A stretch of DNA of 64,000 nucleotides from Candidatus Latescibacterota bacterium (lineage in GTDB: Bacteria; Latescibacterota; UBA2968; UBA8231), in NCBI GenBank assembly GCA_965223905.1, contig CBDCXV010000010.1, positions 2,116,941 through 2,180,940 on the forward strand. Reading direction: 5' to 3'. Numbering within the stretch: position 1 is the stretch's first letter; each line of letters begins with the position of its first letter. The position numbers and the translations under genes were made by a program. Below the pieces are notes generated by a model that saw nothing but the letters and a program-made list of their open reading frames with translations, had not been told where the DNA came from and searched no databases. Shown one piece after another: positions 1 to 8,070 of this stretch.

Positions 1-1053
1 GACGTCGGTGACCTCGCCCGTAGGGGCATCCATCTCGTAGACAGCGGCGAACGGGGGATTGGTCGCGTACCCGTGGCCCAGGTACAGTTTGTTCTCGTAG
101 AATTGGATGGAGGTGAAAACATTCGACTGGTCGCCCCGAGCGACCTTAACCTGCCAGCTAGCCGGGGGTTCCCCGAAGCCATCCATGGGAACGGAGGTCT
201 GCGAGTCCCAATCTACGGTAACGCCAATGACGCCGACATTAGCATAGCCATACATCCAGTTCCTGGAGAAGTCCGCAGGATCGATGGCCGTGCCATGTGC
301 CTGACCATTTAGGATGTGTGCTTTGTTCCCTTCGTCGTCCGTCAGGCCGTATTCCGGGAACTCGACTACCCTGTCGGCGATATGGTCGTACGGGCTGTCG
401 GCATCCAGGAAATTCCCCGGGGCGATGGGATACAGCATGAAACCACCGCCGTACGGATGGTCGATGTGCCCTCTCGGGCCTTCGCCCTCTCCCCCCTGCC
501 GGCCGCCGCCCAATCCAGCTGGGATGCCGTACATCCATCCCTGGCCCTGCCAGACCCTCGCCTGGGTGCTGCGCATCCGGAACCCGTACCCCGTGATGGC
601 AACCCAGTTGGCGTCACTGATGTTGTCGACGGCCAGAACATAGAGCGTATAGGTTCCCGCCTCGACCGGGTCTCCGGCCCAATCGGTGCCATCCCACGCG
701 CAGGTACCCGACCCCACATCATACTGCCCGCACTCGACCACTTTCACCATGTTGGGAATCCCCGCCCTGCGGTTCAGGGCGTGGCCGCCATTCCAGGCAG
801 GGTGACCGGGGCCGCCCCAGCCGCCCGGAGTGGCCTGGTCCTTAGTGTAAATCGCCAGGTAGACGTTTGCATTGGCACCCGACAGAGTAAATGGAACCTC
901 CGCGTTGCCGCTGAAATCGTAGCTCACGTTCCCTACATCGAGATTGAGCAGCGTCAGAGGCTCGCTGCGCACGTACTCGTAGCCCTCGGTCCCCGCGTAA
1001 ATTTGGGAAGCACAGAGGACCATCATCATGATGACGATTAACTTCACTCGCAT
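1..1053 (-). CDS. Secreted protein with FlgD-type Ig-like motif (partial, runs off window start)
   Basis: Not in the ORF track because there is no stop in the window. ATG at 1053 after a GGAG RBS. Translates MRVKLIVIMMMVLCASQIYA (signal peptide) ...WDGTDWAGDPVEAGTYTLYV (FlgD_ig-like). Frame appears open to base 1. Confidence 0.75.
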   Translation of the reverse strand, partial: MRVKLIVIMMMVLCASQIYAGTEGYEYVRSEPLTLLNLDVGNVSYDFSGNAEVPFTLSGANANVYLAIYTKDQATPGGWGGPGHPAWNGGHALNRRAGIPNMVKVVECGQYDVGSGTCAWDGTDWAGDPVEAGTYTLYVLAVDNISDANWVAITGYGFRMRSTQARVWQGQGWMYGIPAGLGGGRQGGEGEGPRGHIDHPYGGGFMLYPIAPGNFLDADSPYDHIADRVVEFPEYGLTDDEGNKAHILNGQAHGTAIDPADFSRNWMYGYANVGVIGVTVDWDSQTSVPMDGFGEPPASWQVKVARGDQSNVFTSIQFYENKLYLGHGYATNPPFAAVYEMDAPTGEVTDV

Positions 1054-1296
1054 CTCAAGCTCCTTTGGTTGGTTGACATGGAAACTGATGACGCGCCTTT
1101 GCCGTGCAGTTGGTCCGGCATGGCCCGCTTGCTGCCTTCTCCACATGCACTCAGTTCACTTCCGGATCTCCTCCTTTCTGGTCCGTTCGATGGGCTATCT
1201 GGTTAAAGTCGACATTCCTGCGTTTTCCGCATCCTTTCTTCCGGAAAAATCGCAGGTTTCCCGCCTCGTGTGAAAGCTACCGACAGCCTGTTTTCC

Positions 1297-1833
1297 CTAC
1301 GACGTTCCTGGCACTATCACGAAATCATACCCTTTGACGCTGATATTCTTCACCTGCGAACTGACCGTCAAGTGATGGTAGTGCTCGAACGGATACCACT
1401 TCCTGACCCCTGTCTTGGGTACCGAGACCGTCGGCTCGTCCTCGGGTCCCTCGACCCCGATAATCCTGAATGCCTCCGTCTCGTCGAAAGGGTCCATCTT
1501 TTTGAACCCGTAGTTCACGTACGTGCACAAACTGTCCTTGATGATGGCGAAAACCTTCACCCCCTTCAAATCGTTCCACTTGATATTCCCGTACGGTTGA
1601 TTCCCCAGTTGCGGGCGATATGCGTCAGGTTCACCGAAGCGCGCGACCAGTTCCTCCACGCTGCTGCCGAGCACGAAGTGGACATCGAGATAGGTCTCAC
1701 CTTCGGCATTCCTCGCCGCCTTGAGGGCGGCAATTTTTTCGCTTTCGTGTTGTGCGCCTTCCTCGCTCCCGGAACAGGAAACGAGTTGAATTCCGCAACA
1801 ACAGAGTAAAAAAACACCTCGAATTCCAAGCAC
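1297..1833 (-). CDS. Hypothetical lipoprotein
   Basis: 178 aa; hydrophobic N-terminus ending in lipobox-like LVS-C; co-oriented directly downstream of the exbD pair. Confidence 0.6.
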   Translation of the reverse strand: MLGIRGVFLLCCCGIQLVSCSGSEEGAQHESEKIAALKAARNAEGETYLDVHFVLGSSVEELVARFGEPDAYRPQLGNQPYGNIKWNDLKGVKVFAIIKDSLCTYVNYGFKKMDPFDETEAFRIIGVEGPEDEPTVSVPKTGVRKWYPFEHYHHLTVSSQVKNISVKGYDFVIVPGTS

Positions 1834-1858
1834 TTTTTGCCCCGTATACCCCCGAAGA

Positions 1859-2287
1859 TCAGGACGTCCCCAGCTGGGCCTCCGCCTTCTTCTCCGTTGC
1901 GAGCACGATCTTCTCGATCCCGATCCGCTTCGCCGTCTCCATCAGGTCGAGGACCAATCCGTGACGGGTATCCTTGTCCGTACGGATGATCAGAGTCACC
2001 ACCCTCACCCCCTCCTTCTCCCGCGTCAGCACGCCCTCCAGACTTTCCAGCGTCACCGGATATCGGTTCACCTCCATGACCCCGGTTCGATCGATCGTGG
2101 CCACCAGCTTCTTCTCCTCGATCATCGTCGCCTCTTCCGCCTCGGGCAGCAACACCTTCAACCGGTAGGGCTCCTGGAACACCGTCGTCACCATGAAGAA
2201 GATCAACAGCAGGAACACGCAGTCGATCAAAGGGGTCAACTCCATATCCCCCGACTCGACAACAGCCCCGCGACGTCTCTGTGCCAT
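1859..2287 (-). CDS. exbD: ExbD/TolR biopolymer transport protein
   Basis: LTPLIDCVFLLLIFFMVTT TM motif with conserved Asp; C-terminal IRTDKDT periplasmic domain. Confidence 0.9.
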   Translation of the reverse strand: MAQRRRGAVVESGDMELTPLIDCVFLLLIFFMVTTVFQEPYRLKVLLPEAEEATMIEEKKLVATIDRTGVMEVNRYPVTLESLEGVLTREKEGVRVVTLIIRTDKDTRHGLVLDLMETAKRIGIEKIVLATEKKAEAQLGTS

Positions 2288-2299
2288 CTATCCCGACCT

Positions 2300-2713
2300 T
2301 CAAGTTCCCTGCAACTTCGCGAAGGCGATCCCCTTCACACCCACCCCCTTTGCCGCATCCACCACCTCCACAACCCGCGACTGGGCGACATCCCGATCTC
2401 CCTGGATGATCACGTTGTCGTTGCGATTCTCCACCATCGCCCGTTCTATCCGGGCCCGCAGCTCTCCCGGGGGTACTTCCTCACCGCCGATCTCGATACG
2501 GCCGTCCCTCTCGACGATGATGTTGATATCTTTCTTCTCCTGTTGTTCAGTGGCCTGGGACGCCCTGGGCAAGTCGACATCGAGTCCCCGCGCGTGGATG
2601 AAGACGGTGGTCACCATGAAGAAGATCAACAGCAGGAACACGCAGTCGATCAACGGGGTCAGATCTACCGCCTCTTCGGAGATGAAGCTCTGTTTCACTC
2701 GATGCCGGGCCAT
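2300..2713 (-). CDS. exbD: ExbD/TolR biopolymer transport protein
   Basis: Start placed at MARHRVK (2713); DLTPLIDCVFLLLIFFMVTT, VDLP and IIQGDRDV motifs. Confidence 0.9.
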   Translation of the reverse strand: MARHRVKQSFISEEAVDLTPLIDCVFLLLIFFMVTTVFIHARGLDVDLPRASQATEQQEKKDINIIVERDGRIEIGGEEVPPGELRARIERAMVENRNDNVIIQGDRDVAQSRVVEVVDAAKGVGVKGIAFAKLQGT

Positions 2714-3201
2714 TGTTCTGTCCGAACTGACTCCCGTCGTCTTCGGATTCTCCGGGTCCCCAATGGACCGCAACGCCCTAGAGTACAGGCGCACTCCACG
2801 CACTCCAATGGGTACATAAGTTACCTTTCTTGACCTCGACAACCAAGGAAAAAAGACCACGTCTGCTCTGGGGGTGAACCGGATGTTCCATTTGCCGAAC
2901 GGGTCAATGCAGACCTCGATCAGCCGGGTCTCGGGGTTGACCGTCAGCCACCGACGCCGCTTCCCGCCGCGATTGCATTGCCCTATCTCCTTTATAAACA
3001 TGGAATTAGGGCAGAATATCCAAGGGGTATCAGGGGAAACCAAACTGCCGAATTGGCAGCGATTCTGATAGACCGGCCCTGGGCAGGTTCGGAAAGCCAG
3101 ACGCCTCGGTCCCCCTCGGTTTTTCATATCGGACCTGCGGCAAAGGCAGTATACCGCGATCCCAACTGGCGCCGCCGCCACGGCAATGCGTACTATCGCC
3201 G

Positions 3202-6200
3202 ATGATGTTCCCTGAATCTGACATCTCTGCCAGGCTACGCCGCGATTGGGCGCCTCGCCTGTTCGCCGTCGCCCTTGCGGCGCAGCCGGTCGCCGGAGAG
3301 GTCGATTTTACCGCGCTCCGGGACCAGATATCGGAGAAGCGCCTGACGGAGACGCTGGCCCGCTTCGCCGGGCACCAATCCCGTGTGGTCGGGTACCCCG
3401 GCGCCGACGCGGCTGCCGGCTACATCCGGGAGACCTTCCGCGAGATCGGGCTGACCGGGATTGCCGTCCACGAATACGACGTCTCCGTTCCGGTGGAAAA
3501 GGCCCCCGGCAGCATCCGGGTCACCGCCACGGGAGAGACCGCTCCGCTGCACGGCCTGTGGCCGAACCTAGTCAAGACCTCCACCTTGCCCGAGGGCGGG
3601 AGGATCGCCCGCCTGATCGACGGCGGCGACGGATCCTACGTCCACCTGGACGGCAGACAGGTCGCGGGCGCGGTTGTACTGATGGACTACAACACAGGCG
3701 ACGCATGGCTCCGGTGCGCTTACCTCGGTGCCGCCGGGGTGGTCTTCATCGAACCGGATTCGACCGTGCACCTGGAGGGTGAACGCAAGTTCCTGACGAT
3801 GCCTCTCGACCTGCCGCGCTACTGGGTTCCCCGGGAAGAGGGGATTCGTCTGCGCGAGCGCATCGCCCTGAGCACCGCCGGCGAGGTTGAGGTGCACGTC
3901 GAGTACCGCATGGAGTGGGAACGGCGTGCGGCATGGAACATCCTCGGGACCATCCACGGGACCGGTCCGCAGCTCCAGGACGATGTCATTGTCCTGGAGT
4001 CGTACTACGACGCCATGTCCGTGGTTCCGGCGCTGGCGCCCGGCGCCGAACAGGCCGCCGGCATAACTGCGCTGATCGAGCTGGCCCACTACTTCCGTCA
4101 GAACCCCCCGAAACGCACCGTGGTCTTCCTGGCTACCTCCGCCCATCATCTCGGGCTGCGCGGGGTCGACGATTTCATCCAGCGTTACCTGCGACGCGAA
4201 GACCCGTTCGTCGACCGCATGCTGATCCGCCGCGTCGTCGATGCGGCGCTGACCCGGGATCTGATCGAGCAGGACGGCGTCAGGTACCGCCTCGGCGGCC
4301 AGGAATTCCTCGGCAAGGAGGGGCTGGTGCGCCGCGTCGCGGAGGGGGACTCGACCCTGGTCCGCCGCGTCGCCCTGGATGCCCTCGAGGAGGGGCTCAT
4401 CGGCCGCACGCGAGGACAGCTCGCCTACGGCGACCACCACTTCGGCAGCGTCGACGGCCTGGTCGAAGAGCTGATCGGCGACGGCGATCTGCTCCTGGCG
4501 CTCTACAGGGACTGGGTCGATCCCAAGGTCGGCTCGCTCTCCGTCAAGCTCTTCATCAGCCTGGACCTGTCGACCCGGACCGACGAGCTGGGGGTTTGGA
4601 ACAGCAACTCGGAGTTCTACTTCCAGCGCTACTTCGCCCCGTTCGGCAAGAGGTTCATGGGGTACGCGCGCGAACTGAGCAGCGCCCTGGGGTACCGCTC
4701 CGAGGATGTGCTCGTAAACGGCATCAGCCCCGGAGGAGGGATGAACTGGGATTCCTTCGTTCCCGGCGAAATCTCCGTCAACAGCGAGGTGGTGCTGGCC
4801 ACAGGCACGCCGGCGCTGGCCTTCGTCACCGTCAACGATGCCCGCTTCGTCGTCGACACCCCCCTGGACCGCCTACAGGAGGTAAACGTCGACAATCTCA
4901 CCCGTCAGATTCGCGCCTTGGCCGGCATGTTCCACATGGCCTTCGATGATGCGGACCTGTTCCCGGATTTCAAGATGCGGCTCAAGGATTCCCTGGGGTC
5001 CCTCACGGCGCGGACCATGGTCTTCCCGCGGCGCAGCATCGTACCCGACCTGCCGCGCGCGGGAGCGGTAGGGGTGGTTCGCAACGGCAAGAGGAAGTCC
5101 AGCAAAGGGGTGCGCGGTGAGTTCTTCGAGATCGTCGACGACGACGGCGCCATCTACATCAACCGCATCCGCATGGCGGAGCACGGCGTCAGGAACCTGC
5201 AGATCGAGGGGTACTACATGGACCCCGCCACCGGACAGATCACCTACGCCCCGGACCGCGGGCAGCAAGGGAGCGCTTACTCCATGAGAGTCGCCATGGA
5301 CTGGCGCGACAAGCACTGGCAGGTGGTGCTGTTCCCGTGCCGCGCCTACAACCTCAACGATCTGGTCGATCCCCAGTACCTGACCAAGCTGTCCCAGATC
5401 GCCGTGTTCGGCGAGGCCAACACCGCACCCCTGGAATACGGGTACACCCTCGGTGAAGGACCGTCGGCCAGGGACGAGCCGGTGGGGGTGCTGTTCGCCC
5501 GCGACGGGGACCGCATCAAGCTCGGGTTGGGAGCTGACATCCTCGGGTTCCGCTACCTGCTGCTCAACTCGGCGGTCTACGACGACACCGACCGGGCGCT
5601 GGGCCGCGGCTACAGAATCGCCCCAGGAACCTCGTTCGCCCGGACTACCTTTCTCGCGGCGCGCGACATGTGGAATCTCGACGAAGCGCGCATGCGCGAG
5701 CTCAGCGGCTTCGGCATCGAGAACCGCCGTCTCAGCAGCCTGCACCGGCAGGCGCGCGTCCACCTCGAAGCCGCCGGGAGAGCGATGGAGCAGCGTCGCT
5801 GGAGCGAGTTCGTGCGTCGCACCCGCGCCGCCATCGGTCTCGAGTCACGCGCCTATCCCGATGTCAAGGGGACGCAGAACGACGTCATCCGGGGCATCGT
5901 CTTTTTCATGGCGCTGGTCATTCCGTGCGCCTTCTTCGCCGAGCGCCTGCTGATCTCCGCGGCGACGATCAAGAACCAGATCATCGGTTTCGCCGCTGTG
6001 TTCCTGGCGATCTGGGTCATCCTGTCCCTGGTCCACCCGGCGTTCGAGCTCGGCAATCCCTTCGTCATCCTGTTGGCCTTCGTCATCCTGGCCCTGGCCG
6101 TGCTGGTCATCTCCATCGTCAGCGGACGCTTCAACGAGCAGATGAGGAAGCTGCGCACCGAGGTCGCCGTCATACACGATACCGACGTGAGCCGCTCGGG

Positions 6201-8007
6201 CGCCTCTCTGGCAGCCTTCCAGTTGGGAATCTCCAACATGAAGCGGCGCAAGCTGCGCACGGCGCTGACGTTCGTCACCCTGATGCTGTTGACCTTCACG
6301 GTGCTCTCGTTCACCTCGATCCAGACCTCCCTCGAATTCTACGAGTTCCGGCGCGACACCGAGGGCCTCTACCAGGGCATGCTGATCCGCAACAAGGCGT
6401 GGACCCCGCTGGAGGAGTCGGTCCTCGAGTACGCGGTCAACGCCTTCGGCGAAATCGCTACGGTGGCTCCGCGCAGCTGGTACGGCCACAAGGACAGGGC
6501 ACATATCAAGATGAAGCGCGGCGAGAAGTCGCATAACGCTCTCGGCGTGCTCGGCCTGACGCCGCAGGAGGCCGCGGTGAGCGGGCTGGACCGGGCGCTC
6601 GTCGCCGGGCGCTGGTTCCGGGAAGGGGATGGGGACGTCTGCATCCTGCCCAAAGACATGATCGCCGCGGACAAGCTCGACATCGAACTGACGAAAGTGG
6701 CGGCGGGGGCGGAAAACATCCGCGTTTTCGGCGAGATGTTCAGGGTGATCGGCGTGGTCGACTCCAGGCTGGTGGAGGACCTGAAGGACCTGGACGGCGA
6801 GATGCTGACCCCGGCCGACTTCGCCGGCACCAGCGGGCTCACCGTGATGGAAATGGCCGACGAGGAGCGACGCGAGAGGCAGGGCCTGTCGGGAACCAAC
6901 GTCTCCATCGAGCCGTTCGCGCATCTTGAACCAGCCAACGTGCTCATCATCCCCTACCACCTGCTGCGCAACGTCGGCAGCGGCAATCCGCTGCAGTCGG
7001 TGGCGGTGCGCTTCGACGAGGGAGTCGACGAACGCGAGCAGATCGAGAAACTGCTGTCGCGCCTGGCGTTGACGCTTTTCGCCGGCATCAGGGAGGAGGG
7101 GGACGAGCAGATCCAGGTGTCGGTCTACAGCTCGCTGGGCATGACCGGCTTGGCGGGGGTGGCCAACCTCTTCATCCCCATTCTCATCGCCTCGCTGATC
7201 GTGCTCAACACCATGATGGGCAGCGTGTACGAACGCTTCCGCGAGATCGGCATCTACTCTTCGGTGGGGCTCGCCCCCGCCCACATCGCCTGGCTGTTCA
7301 TGGCCGAGTCCTGCGTCTACTCCGTGCTCGGCGTGGTGGCGGGGTACCTCACCGGGCAGACGATCGCCGCAGTGCTCGTGGCGTTCGACCTGTTGACCGG
7401 CTTCACGCTGAACTACTCGTCCCTGGCGGCCGTCTTGTCCTGCATGCTGGTCATGGCGGTGGTGCTGCTGTCCACCCTGTACCCGGCGCACAAAGCCTCG
7501 CATATGGCGGTGCCCGACGTCACCCGCAAGTGGCAGTTGCCGCCGTCCGACGGCGATCACTGGAACTTCGAGTTCCCCTTCACCGTGAGCGGCCACGAGG
7601 TGCTCGGGCTATCGGTGTTCCTCGCCGGTTACTTCGACTCGTACAGCGAGGAATCGATCGGCACGTTCTACACGGAAGGGGCCGAGCTGAACAGGATCGG
7701 AACAGGGCACGGCGAGGGCTTCAGCATCTCGATGGTTATCGGGTTGGCACCCTTCGATCTCGGCGTGAGCCAGCACGTCGTGTTCCGGGCTGTGCCCGAG
7801 CCTGAGCACAACATCTACGCCATCACCCTCGCAATCCGCCGCATCAGCGGCGAGGACGCCTCCTGGCGCAGGGTCAACCAGCGCTTCATAAACGTCATCC
7901 GCAAACAGTTCCTCATCTGGCGCACCATAGATCTCGAGGCCAAGGCCGGCTACAGGGTGCAGGGCGAGGAGATCCTGTCCGGCACGCGGGCCGGGACGAG
8001 GGCCTGA
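3202..8007 (+). CDS. Large membrane protein: M28-peptidase-like ectodomain fused to FtsX/MacB-like ABC permease domains
   Basis: 1601 aa; N-terminal SRVVGYPG / NILGTI / GAEQAAG / HHLGLRG M28-like fold; C-terminal TM bundles with NMKRRKLRT and VYERFREIGIYSSVGLAP (FtsX signature). Confidence 0.8.
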   Translation: MMFPESDISARLRRDWAPRLFAVALAAQPVAGEVDFTALRDQISEKRLTETLARFAGHQSRVVGYPGADAAAGYIRETFREIGLTGIAVHEYDVSVPVEKAPGSIRVTATGETAPLHGLWPNLVKTSTLPEGGRIARLIDGGDGSYVHLDGRQVAGAVVLMDYNTGDAWLRCAYLGAAGVVFIEPDSTVHLEGERKFLTMPLDLPRYWVPREEGIRLRERIALSTAGEVEVHVEYRMEWERRAAWNILGTIHGTGPQLQDDVIVLESYYDAMSVVPALAPGAEQAAGITALIELAHYFRQNPPKRTVVFLATSAHHLGLRGVDDFIQRYLRREDPFVDRMLIRRVVDAALTRDLIEQDGVRYRLGGQEFLGKEGLVRRVAEGDSTLVRRVALDALEEGLIGRTRGQLAYGDHHFGSVDGLVEELIGDGDLLLALYRDWVDPKVGSLSVKLFISLDLSTRTDELGVWNSNSEFYFQRYFAPFGKRFMGYARELSSALGYRSEDVLVNGISPGGGMNWDSFVPGEISVNSEVVLATGTPALAFVTVNDARFVVDTPLDRLQEVNVDNLTRQIRALAGMFHMAFDDADLFPDFKMRLKDSLGSLTARTMVFPRRSIVPDLPRAGAVGVVRNGKRKSSKGVRGEFFEIVDDDGAIYINRIRMAEHGVRNLQIEGYYMDPATGQITYAPDRGQQGSAYSMRVAMDWRDKHWQVVLFPCRAYNLNDLVDPQYLTKLSQIAVFGEANTAPLEYGYTLGEGPSARDEPVGVLFARDGDRIKLGLGADILGFRYLLLNSAVYDDTDRALGRGYRIAPGTSFARTTFLAARDMWNLDEARMRELSGFGIENRRLSSLHRQARVHLEAAGRAMEQRRWSEFVRRTRAAIGLESRAYPDVKGTQNDVIRGIVFFMALVIPCAFFAERLLISAATIKNQIIGFAAVFLAIWVILSLVHPAFELGNPFVILLAFVILALAVLVISIVSGRFNEQMRKLRTEVAVIHDTDVSRSGASLAAFQLGISNMKRRKLRTALTFVTLMLLTFTVLSFTSIQTSLEFYEFRRDTEGLYQGMLIRNKAWTPLEESVLEYAVNAFGEIATVAPRSWYGHKDRAHIKMKRGEKSHNALGVLGLTPQEAAVSGLDRALVAGRWFREGDGDVCILPKDMIAADKLDIELTKVAAGAENIRVFGEMFRVIGVVDSRLVEDLKDLDGEMLTPADFAGTSGLTVMEMADEERRERQGLSGTNVSIEPFAHLEPANVLIIPYHLLRNVGSGNPLQSVAVRFDEGVDEREQIEKLLSRLALTLFAGIREEGDEQIQVSVYSSLGMTGLAGVANLFIPILIASLIVLNTMMGSVYERFREIGIYSSVGLAPAHIAWLFMAESCVYSVLGVVAGYLTGQTIAAVLVAFDLLTGFTLNYSSLAAVLSCMLVMAVVLLSTLYPAHKASHMAVPDVTRKWQLPPSDGDHWNFEFPFTVSGHEVLGLSVFLAGYFDSYSEESIGTFYTEGAELNRIGTGHGEGFSISMVIGLAPFDLGVSQHVVFRAVPEPEHNIYAITLAIRRISGEDASWRRVNQRFINVIRKQFLIWRTIDLEAKAGYRVQGEEILSGTRAGTRA

Positions 8008-8070
8008 CATCCGATGCCCTCCAGCCCTCACTACATGCGTTTCCCCCTTCCGAATCGAATGAGGTGAATC

